In this document: positions 18,196 through 27,006 of the stretch, in pieces
Position numbering within the stretch: position 1 is the first letter of the stretch
How the letters are laid out: each line of letters starts with the position of its first letter
From: a virus
Lineage: Duplodnaviria; Caudoviricetes
Length of the DNA stretch: 64,000 bases
IMG/VR virus record: IMGVR_UViG_3300031998_000061
Span: 6,976-70,975 of that record
Strand: one strand, 5' to 3'
Position numbers and translations under genes: made by a program
Notes under the pieces: model-generated
Database searches by the model: none
The model's input: only the letters and a program-made list of their open reading frames with translations
Told to the model about the DNA's origin: nothing

Positions 18196-18246
18196 CGTAT
18201 GCCCTCAAAGAATCGCTGCCGGTGAAAGTCATACGATGTTATATTC

Positions 18247-18275
18247 ATTATATTTTTAATTTTTCTATTTTGCAA
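18247..18275 (-). promoter_or_regulatory. Promoter for the baseplate operon
   Basis: TTGCAA-17 bp-TATAAT. Confidence 0.75.
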
Positions 18276-18280
18276 TAAAG

Positions 18281-20374
18281 TTAAGGCATAATTGCTGTTA
18301 TGTTGAATGTGTTAGCAGAAGCACCTGGATTATAAATTTCATGGCGTACATTTGCTTTCTCTATAAACTCTGATAGTGTTCTCATAATCTTATAAAACTC
18401 TTCCTGACTTATATACCCTGCCTCTTCTGTTTTTGTTTCTTTCTTCGCTTTATTTATATCCTTAACAAGAGCTGCCATTTCAGAATCTTCCATGTATTCG
18501 CCAAGCTTTTTACCTGCCATTACACGCATGGAATCTGCAAGCCCTGCATAATTGCCGCTCGCATCCGGGGTAAATGCTTCAAATTTTTTCAATTGTTCAA
18601 TTTCGTTTGGATTTGAAAAATCTATTTTGTTTGCAAAGTTCGTTTCGTCAATTAACCGTTGCGCTTCTGGTGAAAGTGACTGCAATGTGGTTATAGCTTG
18701 AGTTGTGGCAAGACGGACATTCGGGTCTGTGCTTTCAAGCCCTTTTCGAAGCGATTCCTCCGCCTTAGTAGCAGCTTTTCGTTCCTCGTGCAATATTCTG
18801 TCACCAAAAAGCCCCTTAACGCCGTCTCTTGCCATTTTACCGTTTTCATCTTTGATGAAATGGTTTACAAGCTTATCAACACCAGTGCTTATGTGACTTA
18901 AAGCACCAACCTTTATGTCAGCCATCTTGCTTCCGATTTTAACGATATTCTCTTTGACGATGTTGACGTTATCTTGAAGCTTGGTTCTGTCAGATTCAGC
19001 CTTATGGTCAACGTTCATGTTCGTTACCTGGTCGGCAATTTTCTTCCAGTCAGATTCGGTGTAGTTGCCCGAATTCTGGTACATGGTATAAATGTCAGCC
19101 GCTTCGGTGTATGTGGTGTTGAACATGTTCTTGAAGCGCGAAATAATTTCATCAGGGCTTGAATCCAGTTTGCCGACTTCGCTGAAAATGCCTTTGAGCA
19201 TGTCAGCAGAAACGCCTCTTTCAAGAATTCGCATTGTGTCGGTAAAACCGCCTGTCGCGGTATTGCCAAGATACTTTCCTGCATCCAGTTTGTTTGCAAC
19301 ACTATACATGATAACGTCATTCGTAGTCTGCAAAGATGTTGCGTTTGCTATGGCATTGTTCATGCCAGAAAGACGGTTCATGCCGGTCTCTCCCTGCCAC
19401 ATCTTGCTTTCGCCTGAAAGCTTATACAGCATGTTTGCGTTTGCAGAGATTTCTTCCGTGCTTCTTACAAAGCCTTTCTGTATGCCTTCCTGCATAACTC
19501 TGAGCATTGAACTCAAGAATTCATCTGTCTGACCTTTTTGAAGTCCTGTAAGCTGTGCACCGGCATAAGCTTTCTGTAAGGCGTTCTCGCCGTTTCTTCC
19601 GTAACGTTCAGAAAGACCGCTTATCTGTTGGAATAAATCAAGACTGCCGCCTGTAAAGTTTGCCCAGTTTGCCTGGTCTCTTGCAAGCGTCATAGAGCGT
19701 TCTGCACCGAGACCGTATTTTGCCATACCTGCCGCGTGCTGCATGAATTCAGTGGTCTCCATGCCAGTTCCGGCAGCATAATTAACAGCTCTGCTATAAT
19801 AGTTCAGTGCCTGGTCTGAATTTTTCTTATAGTCGTTTCCGGCAACATTACTGCCCCACAGTGCATTAAGCTTGTCAGCATCCGGCAGAATCTGCTCATA
19901 CTGCTCGCTTAATGCGTTCATACCTGCGCCGATAGCTCCGGTAACAATACTTGCTATACCGATACCACTTAAAAGACTGCCGAGACCGCCGCCCAACATG
20001 CCGCCAAGACTTTTTAAGACACCGCCGCCGCCTTTCAAGCCTTGTACAGCAGCACTTGAAGGGTCTCCACGCGCCCATGTCTGAACCATACCAGAGCCGG
20101 TATTGGCTGCATTCTCAACATTAGCAGCAAGACCGCTGGCTTGAGCCTGTTTCTGTTCTCTTGCAGCGTTGGCGGCTTCTCGACTTACCCCATTGCGGTA
20201 CTGCTGCAAGTTGTCCATGGCTTTAGATAGCGTTGCAACTTGTCCCCAGTCTCCTTGAGAAGAAGCCTCTTTCATAGCTTCATTAAGTTTTTTAATTTCT
20301 TCGGCAGCACTGGACGCGCCGGATTTCAGCTCCGATGCATCCATTGACAGCCGTATAGCTGTATTTGCCATCAC
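18281..20374 (-). CDS. Tape measure protein
   Basis: Follows the chaperone pair; Ala/Gly-rich helical composition. Confidence 0.8.
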   Translation of the reverse strand: MMANTAIRLSMDASELKSGASSAAEEIKKLNEAMKEASSQGDWGQVATLSKAMDNLQQYRNGVSREAANAAREQKQAQASGLAANVENAANTGSGMVQTWARGDPSSAAVQGLKGGGGVLKSLGGMLGGGLGSLLSGIGIASIVTGAIGAGMNALSEQYEQILPDADKLNALWGSNVAGNDYKKNSDQALNYYSRAVNYAAGTGMETTEFMQHAAGMAKYGLGAERSMTLARDQANWANFTGGSLDLFQQISGLSERYGRNGENALQKAYAGAQLTGLQKGQTDEFLSSMLRVMQEGIQKGFVRSTEEISANANMLYKLSGESKMWQGETGMNRLSGMNNAIANATSLQTTNDVIMYSVANKLDAGKYLGNTATGGFTDTMRILERGVSADMLKGIFSEVGKLDSSPDEIISRFKNMFNTTYTEAADIYTMYQNSGNYTESDWKKIADQVTNMNVDHKAESDRTKLQDNVNIVKENIVKIGSKMADIKVGALSHISTGVDKLVNHFIKDENGKMARDGVKGLFGDRILHEERKAATKAEESLRKGLESTDPNVRLATTQAITTLQSLSPEAQRLIDETNFANKIDFSNPNEIEQLKKFEAFTPDASGNYAGLADSMRVMAGKKLGEYMEDSEMAALVKDINKAKKETKTEEAGYISQEEFYKIMRTLSEFIEKANVRHEIYNPGASANTFNITAIMP

Positions 20375-20703
20375 TTAACTCCCATGTAAAAAATATCCTC
20401 TTCCGAATAACCGAGACTGCGCATTGTGTCTTTATCTTTACGGTCTTTCCATTTCTTCCGGGCTTTCAATATGCCGTCTCTTATGGAATCTTCCGTGTAT
20501 GTATTAGCAAAATTAAAGAAGATGTCTATGAAGTCGTCATTTTCCGTCAGCTGCGGATTGGCAACCCGAAAATACGCCATCGTCCATAGTTTCTTGAACG
20601 TTCTTTCCGTCAGAAGGTCTTCTATCGGAATTTTCTTCAGTTCTTCCAAGTGCTGCTTTAACTTCTTGACGAAAAGACCATGCCTTAACATAAAGCTCAT
20701 CAA
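20371..20703 (-). CDS. Tail assembly chaperone, second (frameshift) segment
   Basis: Overlaps the first chaperone ORF in the +1 frame; directly precedes the tape measure. Confidence 0.7.
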   Translation of the reverse strand: MMSFMLRHGLFVKKLKQHLEELKKIPIEDLLTERTFKKLWTMAYFRVANPQLTENDDFIDIFFNFANTYTEDSIRDGILKARKKWKDRKDKDTMRSLGYSEEDIFYMGVK

Positions 20704-21034
20704 TCAGCTCTGTATCGGGCACATCCCTCCAATCAAATAATTCATTTTTTTCTTTCGCCTTGCTGAACCATGTAGGTGTTTCGGTAACACAAACATTAAG
20801 TGTCGCCGTCTTGAGCAGCGCGATAGTTGCGTTATCATCAAAGCTTGTTGCCGGTAAACCGCCGCGCCATCTTGCCATAAGCCAGTCTATAGACTGCAAA
20901 TCCCTTTGATTTGGGTATTTGACGGAAAAATTACCCCTTTTGGTTTTGATTGTTTTTATAAGCTCTTCGCCGTTAATAATCGCATAGAAAAGGTCGTCGC
21001 CTTTTTCTTTCAGCATTTCATCTGTTACTTTCAT
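20537..21034 (-). CDS. Tail assembly chaperone
   Basis: Between tube and tape measure genes. Confidence 0.75.
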   Translation of the reverse strand: MKVTDEMLKEKGDDLFYAIINGEELIKTIKTKRGNFSVKYPNQRDLQSIDWLMARWRGGLPATSFDDNATIALLKTATLNVCVTETPTWFSKAKEKNELFDWRDVPDTELIDELYVKAWSFRQEVKAALGRTEENSDRRPSDGKNVQETMDDGVFSGCQSAADGK

Positions 21035-21100
21035 TTTTTCGTTTCTCCCAGAAAGTGTTGCAGGACTGCCCTAAAAGTTTGAACAGCCCTGTTTTGTTGA

Positions 21101-21628
21101 TTATGTTACAGTCTCGTAATCGCCGCCGTTATCGTAGCCGATACCTTCAAGCGTTACATCCGCTTCAATATAGCCCTTGCCCTGCGAAGAATCGCTGTAA
21201 GAAGAAGCTATAAGCCATGTACTTGAACCGATAACACAACCGTGCTTTTCGTCGTACAAGTCAAGATACGGAATCTTTGTGGCAAGTTTCGTATCTACAA
21301 GCTTACGTTCATCGGGATTGAGGGATTTGACGGAATAAATGCCGCCACCTCTTACCGACTGAAAACCGTCTTTTGCGAAAGGTTTTGTCGGAACAAAGCC
21401 GCGCAAAGAAATCTGCGTGCTTACGCCCTGCGCATCCAGAGACATAGGCAGAAATTCGCCGAGCGTTTCCGCACGGTTTACGGTTATTGATTTACGCGCC
21501 TGGAAACTTGACACCGCGCCAATCTTTTTAGGGTTTGAACCGTTTTCGTCGTCCATATCAATACGGACGATACAGTTAAAACCCTGTCCTAAGATGTCGC
21601 CCTGTAAGTTATAACTTGGAACCATCAT
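21101..21628 (-). CDS. Tail tube protein
   Basis: 175 aa, beta-rich, directly after the sheath. Confidence 0.8.
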   Translation of the reverse strand: MMVPSYNLQGDILGQGFNCIVRIDMDDENGSNPKKIGAVSSFQARKSITVNRAETLGEFLPMSLDAQGVSTQISLRGFVPTKPFAKDGFQSVRGGGIYSVKSLNPDERKLVDTKLATKIPYLDLYDEKHGCVIGSSTWLIASSYSDSSQGKGYIEADVTLEGIGYDNGGDYETVT

Positions 21629-21637
21629 TCACCCCCT

Positions 21638-23362
21638 TTATACTTCGATTGTCGAAGAATAGATTCTGTTCACGCTCGTAATAAAGATGAAGTTGTTCGG
21701 TGCGCGAAGGTAACGAGAGAAGGTGAGATAAGTCTTGTCACCGTCAAAACGAACCTTTGCGTCAAACACAAGCTCGCCCTGGTCTGATTTGGTAATCAAA
21801 TCTTCCAGATACCAGCTCTTAGCTTTATTGTTGAGAATGTTGAGAATATCAGATTCAGACGGTTCAGAATAACCGCCGATTCTCTTTGAATAAGCCTTGC
21901 GCAAATCCCTGTCCATATACAGAGCTTCACGAACCATTGAACGCTCGTTAAGTGCAAGGTTATCGCCCTGATATGTTGTAACAGCTCTGATGCAGACAAG
22001 CTGACCATCATCATTCTCGCCGAACGGCATGATACCGCCCTTGATAAGAGTGTTGAGCTGTGAATTGCGGAGCTTTTCTGTAAAGGCATTTACCTTCATC
22101 ACTTTATTTGTGATCGGGTTTGAAATACCCAGAGCCGCTTCAACACCGGCAGCCTTACAAGCAAGCATTGCAGGTGTAATTTCTTCCCTTGCGCCTGTAA
22201 ACGGATTGTTAGAAATCGCACCGTTCCAAACATAAGAGCCGAAATCAGTATTGAGTTCAGCTGCATTTGCAAGGGCAACGTTCATCTGTGTGCCTTTTGC
22301 GCATCCAAGAAGGAACATTCTTTCTTTCTTCTTTTCAACGCCCGACATTTCAACACAATGGTTTGAAATGAGCACATGAACGCTGTGAGTAGTAGACGGT
22401 GTAGCAATACAGTTGATGTCGCATACTTCAAGCGCACTGAGCGTGTTTACCCAGTCAGAAACGGAATATGTACCGTCTGTAGCACCTGTAAAGTATTCGT
22501 AACCGTCCATAATATCCGGCAGAACTCTGTCTGCATTTTCAGCGTATTCAACTTCATCAATGAACTGAATGCTCTTCAATGCGTCTACAAGCGCGTTGCA
22601 GTTTGCATAAAGCACTGTAGCTGTTTCAGTGAGTGCAGTTGAAGAAATGCAGTCGAGAACATCAGCCTTTACATCCGGCTGCTGAATAAGGCTTGTCGCA
22701 ATATAAACGTCTGTGTCGTTGATTGCGGCAATAAGCTCGTCAAGACTGTCAAAGTCCTTGAAATTGAATGTGTACGAATCAGTTGCTACGCTCTGGTCGT
22801 CAAGAGCAGAAAGCGTGATAGAAGACTTTGTAACGGCAACAGTCGCGCTTACGCCGTCACCGACATAAAGCAGAGAGAACATCGCCTGTCCGATGTTGTC
22901 AATCTCTATTTCTTCACCCTTGAACACAACAGAAACTTTCCGTGTGTTAGCATCTGTTCCGGCTTTGAGCCACAATTTGAGCTGATTGTTTCTTGCGCCG
23001 TAATCGGCAGACTTCATCTTGATGATGTTGTTCAAGCCGGATTTAAGCGTAAGAGCTGACTGTGTGGCAGAGTTTACGCGCATGGCATAAACTTTCTGCG
23101 GAACAAAGTCGTTTGAACCGTTGAAAGCGTTTGCAACAGCTTCAAGCAGTTCGCCGCCAACAAGAATGTCTTTTGCTTCATCTTTGTCGGCAAATTCATA
23201 AAGCGTATTCGGTTTGCCGCCGTAGCTGTAACCAAGAATCACCAGGTTATTTGCGCTTACGCCGGTTTCCGATGATACGGTGTGCCGTCTTGAGTAGACG
23301 CCTGGAATCCAGTGTTCCGTACGTTTTCCGGCACTGGCAAATATTGCAGGACTTACACCCAT
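21638..23362 (-). CDS. Tail sheath protein
   Basis: HWIPGVYSR, VLISNHCVEMS, LIKGGIMPF, IRAVTTY, ERSMVREALY. Confidence 0.92.
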   Translation of the reverse strand: MGVSPAIFASAGKRTEHWIPGVYSRRHTVSSETGVSANNLVILGYSYGGKPNTLYEFADKDEAKDILVGGELLEAVANAFNGSNDFVPQKVYAMRVNSATQSALTLKSGLNNIIKMKSADYGARNNQLKLWLKAGTDANTRKVSVVFKGEEIEIDNIGQAMFSLLYVGDGVSATVAVTKSSITLSALDDQSVATDSYTFNFKDFDSLDELIAAINDTDVYIATSLIQQPDVKADVLDCISSTALTETATVLYANCNALVDALKSIQFIDEVEYAENADRVLPDIMDGYEYFTGATDGTYSVSDWVNTLSALEVCDINCIATPSTTHSVHVLISNHCVEMSGVEKKKERMFLLGCAKGTQMNVALANAAELNTDFGSYVWNGAISNNPFTGAREEITPAMLACKAAGVEAALGISNPITNKVMKVNAFTEKLRNSQLNTLIKGGIMPFGENDDGQLVCIRAVTTYQGDNLALNERSMVREALYMDRDLRKAYSKRIGGYSEPSESDILNILNNKAKSWYLEDLITKSDQGELVFDAKVRFDGDKTYLTFSRYLRAPNNFIFITSVNRIYSSTIEV

Positions 23363-23377
23363 AGTATCCCCCTTTTT

Positions 23378-23587
23378 TTAAGTTCTTTCGTTGAGCAGAC
23401 TTTCTACAACGGCAAGCCATTCAGCTTCTGTCTTGAGCTGCTGACCGTACCGAGATCTAAGAATTGCTGCAACGCCCGGATTCTGAGGATGCAGCCGAAG
23501 GAATTTAGTCAGTGTCATTTTTCCCTGCTGTGGGGAACGGACAACTTTATTACCCTTCAATTCAGTCTTTGGATTTGAGCCACTCAT
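23378..23587 (-). CDS. Small hypothetical virion protein
   Basis: Coupled between the tail-completion and sheath genes. Confidence 0.65.
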   Translation of the reverse strand: MSGSNPKTELKGNKVVRSPQQGKMTLTKFLRLHPQNPGVAAILRSRYGQQLKTEAEWLAVVESLLNERT

Positions 23588-24344
23588 TAATTACCTCCAC
23601 AATTATTTCGCGCGTCAGTTGTTTTTTTTCTGTGTCTAAAATCAACTGTTCCACACAATAGTTCACATCGAAACTGATATGCGCACCGCAAAGCAGAACG
23701 TCAAAATCAAAGTTATAGTTATTGCTGCGGTGTCCGATTACGGTATTGTCGAAAATTGCGATGTCAAAAAATGGGTATCTCTGCGTCAGAATGTTCCTAA
23801 GATTGCCGGTAACAAAAAGCCTTAGTTGCTCGTAAATCTCATTCTTGAGCTGTGAGTTTTCAGCCCATATCTCAAGATTGATGTTATCCCTTCGCCTTGT
23901 CCTGATTGAAAAGCCGTAGCAGTATTCCTGACGGTCAATCGTGTCCTGAATCGCCGCAATGGTCTGCGCGTCTGCGACAGTGCAAAGTCCGGGAATTTCC
24001 CTTTCCTTTTCACGTCCTTTTTTGTCGATGTACTTTTCTGTCGTGCTTGTGATTGCCGCCAAGTCATAGGCACTCACGCCGACACCTTCAACGTTAGGCG
24101 CAAGCTCGTCAAACTCGCTAGGCTTGTTGTCTTCTTCCGTTGAAACTACGACACAAGGAAAGCTGTCAGAAGCCTTTCTGCCTGATTCAGAATACAAGTC
24201 TGCAAAAGGGTGGTCTGTTGTTACTGAAATGTGGAAATTGCTGTATTTGTGATCTAATTTGAGAATCTCAAAATAATCGTGAATTAAGGAGCAAATCGCC
24301 TGTTCGAGAATCAAACCGCGATTAAGATAACACATCATATACAA
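23562..24344 (-). CDS. Tail completion/terminator-like protein
   Basis: Position before the sheath; FPCVVVS motif. Confidence 0.55.
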   Translation of the reverse strand: MYMMCYLNRGLILEQAICSLIHDYFEILKLDHKYSNFHISVTTDHPFADLYSESGRKASDSFPCVVVSTEEDNKPSEFDELAPNVEGVGVSAYDLAAITSTTEKYIDKKGREKEREIPGLCTVADAQTIAAIQDTIDRQEYCYGFSIRTRRRDNINLEIWAENSQLKNEIYEQLRLFVTGNLRNILTQRYPFFDIAIFDNTVIGHRSNNYNFDFDVLLCGAHISFDVNYCVEQLILDTEKKQLTREIIVEVINEWLKSKD

Positions 24345-24403
24345 GCACCCTCTGACAATCGCAATCGCTGCTCGTGAAAGTCAAACGATACCTGTTTAAA
24401 AAT

Positions 24404-24433
24404 ATGATACAGTCTATAGAGATTTATTGTCAA
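24404..24433 (-). promoter_or_regulatory. Promoter for the tail operon
   Basis: TTGACA-18 bp-TATCAT. Confidence 0.65.
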
Positions 24434-24450
24434 TCAACGGCAAATTGACG

Positions 24451-25254
24451 CTAATCTATCCCGAAATCCTCTTCAAGTGCAGAATGCAGCTGTTCTTCAA
24501 TGAACGGTCTTGTTGAGCTTTCAATGGCAGATATAACATCATTAGCCGGAACAGCCTTGCGAACCCAGCTTCCGGCAGGTGATTTTGCGGAAATAATGCG
24601 GAAAGTAAAATATGTGCTGTGCGGATTTCCTGCCATTTTCACCATTCCGGCAATATTCGGGCTTTCTTCCGGCATAAGCGGCAATCTGTCGCCCCAGTCA
24701 TAATTGCTTCGTGCTATCTGCTCGCCGTTGTAATTCGGTTCAAGATGAATTTCGCCTGTTGTTTGGCTTTTCTTGAAATTCCGCGACTGCATAATCTTAT
24801 AAGCTACAAGCGGAATCGTATTCCCAAAATGCGCCCTTGCTGAACCGTCACTGTTCGGTGTTGCCCATCTGAACGGAATAATAAGATAAGGCACTCCCTT
24901 TTCGCTTACACGGCTTTTCTTGCCATAAGGATAAGATTCTTTCATGTCGTAAGCTTCAGCACCGTTCTGAATCCGTTCCATGTAGCGTGAATCAGTCTCA
25001 ATGCTTACGTCAAAGTCATTTCTTGAACGTATGCGGATAGAGCTTGCAAGTTTCGGGTTCGGGTTTCTTATGTCAGCCGCGCCCCGGACGCTTCCGCCCA
25101 TTGCCCAGTTTTTCCATGTGCGCTGAATCATCTTTGCAGAAGAATCAAAAGCCTGTTTTGCCGCCGGAAAGACACGCCTACCGCCAAAATCATTAAGCCG
25201 TGCTTGCAATTCAAAGAGAACATCATTAGAAAGACTTACATCAACCTTAATCAT
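24451..25254 (-). CDS. Neck/head-tail joining protein
   Basis: Position; KGVPYLIIPFRW and YFTFRIISAKS motifs. Confidence 0.6.
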   Translation of the reverse strand: MIKVDVSLSNDVLFELQARLNDFGGRRVFPAAKQAFDSSAKMIQRTWKNWAMGGSVRGAADIRNPNPKLASSIRIRSRNDFDVSIETDSRYMERIQNGAEAYDMKESYPYGKKSRVSEKGVPYLIIPFRWATPNSDGSARAHFGNTIPLVAYKIMQSRNFKKSQTTGEIHLEPNYNGEQIARSNYDWGDRLPLMPEESPNIAGMVKMAGNPHSTYFTFRIISAKSPAGSWVRKAVPANDVISAIESSTRPFIEEQLHSALEEDFGID

Positions 25255-25315
25255 ACCGCTTATCTTTTTCGAGTTGTTAAGTAATCCTTAACAACTGATT
25301 TTCTTAGAACAATCA

Positions 25316-26518
25316 TCATTTTCTGTTTACGCCCCGCGCTTCACCGTAGGTGTCATACAGCTTGATAACAGCCTTTTTCGGCATACGCTGATTTTCGCTT
25401 GTGCGTATCTGCGGAATTGACTTAACGACCTTATAAGTAGGGTAGACCTTGTAAGTAACAGAATAAGGCTCACCGTCTTCGGGGCAATCGTAGCAAAGCC
25501 ACTTGATATAGTTCGCGCCGCAAAGCACAAAATCAACGCCTGGAACATACGCGCGTTCCCTGCCGATGCAGCTTACAATCTCGCCGACAAAATAAGCCGG
25601 AATAACATCATAATCAGCGTCTTTTTTCGTGTAAACGCCTTTAAGCGTATAAGTTCCGCTCAAAACAGTGATAACATCATCCTGTGCAACGTCGTATTCA
25701 TAAGGGAATGTAAGAACCGCGTCACCGTTGTTATCTTGAATGACTTGTTCGTCCGACTTTGACAAGCTCTGATTGAGAATGACAAAAAGCACAGGCGGAA
25801 TATACTTTACTTCGTTTACATAAAGCGTTTCCGGCGGCTCAATTTCAATAATTACAGTTTCCTGCGTTTCGAGGTCTATCTGCTCAACTTCGCGCGGCTT
25901 TACAAATATGCAGTCCTGTCTTATTTCTTCGGGTTCATATTCGTATTCGTTACCTTCACTGTCATAAACCTTGCCTACGCTTACAATATCCCCCGGCGCG
26001 GTATGAAACAAACCTTCCGTGCGCCGTCTTTCACTCGTAAGACCTCTTATGCGGAAATAACCGCCGCCGACTTTATCAGCTGTTGACGTTGAAAGCGTCT
26101 TGATTACGCTCTGTACCATTACAGCCGTAACATACACGCCCTTAACAGGCAGTTCCGGCGTATTGAGCATTACAAAGTTTCCTGTTTTGGTTGCTTCTTC
26201 GTAAACCCTGCCGGAATTGTCATAGCACTTAATCATCGTGCAGTCTGTATATTCTGCGTCAAGCTCAACCATGCCGGAACTATCGCGAATCATTACCGTT
26301 TGGGTAACAACTGCGTCTTTCTGGTAACTGTAAGTTACGCCCAAGCCCTTGCATTTCGGGCAGTGTATATCCGGCTGCATGGTGTTAGGCTTGCAGCATG
26401 GGCATTTCTGCGCGGTACGCCACCGCACCCATTGACCGTGCCGCAATATGAGAGCTTCATAGTTTTCTTTGCCAAGTTCAAGCTGAACAGGTGAATTCTT
26501 GCCGAGACCAGTGCCCAT
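25316..26518 (-). CDS. Head-tail connector/head closure protein
   Basis: CPC...CPKCKGLG zinc motif near the N-terminus; position. Confidence 0.6.
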   Translation of the reverse strand: MGTGLGKNSPVQLELGKENYEALILRHGQWVRWRTAQKCPCCKPNTMQPDIHCPKCKGLGVTYSYQKDAVVTQTVMIRDSSGMVELDAEYTDCTMIKCYDNSGRVYEEATKTGNFVMLNTPELPVKGVYVTAVMVQSVIKTLSTSTADKVGGGYFRIRGLTSERRRTEGLFHTAPGDIVSVGKVYDSEGNEYEYEPEEIRQDCIFVKPREVEQIDLETQETVIIEIEPPETLYVNEVKYIPPVLFVILNQSLSKSDEQVIQDNNGDAVLTFPYEYDVAQDDVITVLSGTYTLKGVYTKKDADYDVIPAYFVGEIVSCIGRERAYVPGVDFVLCGANYIKWLCYDCPEDGEPYSVTYKVYPTYKVVKSIPQIRTSENQRMPKKAVIKLYDTYGEARGVNRK

Positions 26519-26527
26519 TTTCTGCCC

Positions 26528-26953
26528 TTAGAAAAACTTAATTTTCTTCTTGATAATCAATATTGTGAGCAGAAGAGCGTTCTCTGCTATCAGCAGTCCT
26601 ATTACTATCCACTTTACTCTCTTGTGATGCTTCGAGTTCGCTTCTGAGACGGTCAATTTCGTCGAGTATTCGCTCAACCTCAAGTTCATATTCTGTGATG
26701 AGGAAGTCAAGGCGTTCACTTGCATCTCTAATACGCGCACTTGCTCTTCCGACAATTTCAAGGCGTTCTCGACTATCGTGTATTGTGTCACTGAGAGTGC
26801 CGATTGATCCTTCAATTCGTCCAATGTTTCGTGAATTTGCTTCGATAAGCTCTGCGTCTTTGCCCTGTAATCCTGTGACTGTTGCGCATCCTGTGCATAC
26901 AAAACACAGCACGAGAACAAGCAGATAAATAAAAACCTTCTTAACCATTTCAT
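26528..26953 (-). CDS. Exported coiled-coil protein with C-terminal TM helix (i-spanin-like candidate)
   Basis: Signal peptide ending VLYA/Q; C-terminal WIVIGLLIAENALLLTILII-KKK. Confidence 0.6.
   Translation of the reverse strand: MKWLRRFLFICLFSCCVLYAQDAQQSQDYRAKTQSLSKQIHETLDELKDQSALSVTQYTIVENALKLSEEQVRVLEMQVNALTSSSQNMNLRLSEYSTKLTVSEANSKHHKRVKWIVIGLLIAENALLLTILIIKKKIKFF
26538..26948 (-). CDS. Coiled-coil lipoprotein nested in another frame (o-spanin-like candidate)
   Basis: MVKK plus hydrophobic core plus CTG/C lipobox; heptad-rich body. Confidence 0.65.
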   Translation of the reverse strand: MVKKVFIYLLVLVLCFVCTGCATVTGLQGKDAELIEANSRNIGRIEGSIGTLSDTIHDSRERLEIVGRASARIRDASERLDFLITEYELEVERILDEIDRLRSELEASQESKVDSNRTADSRERSSAHNIDYQEEN

Positions 26954-27006
26954 TATTTCCCCCTTTGTTTATTCCTAAGATTCAGCAACCCTTTGTATTA
27001 CCGCCT

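Noticed and set aside
25267-25295. 10-bp inverted repeat AGTTGTTAAG/CTTAACAACT, and a similar AT-rich one near 29642-29667
   Set aside because: No U tract or other context to assign a function; possibly mRNA processing or stability hairpins
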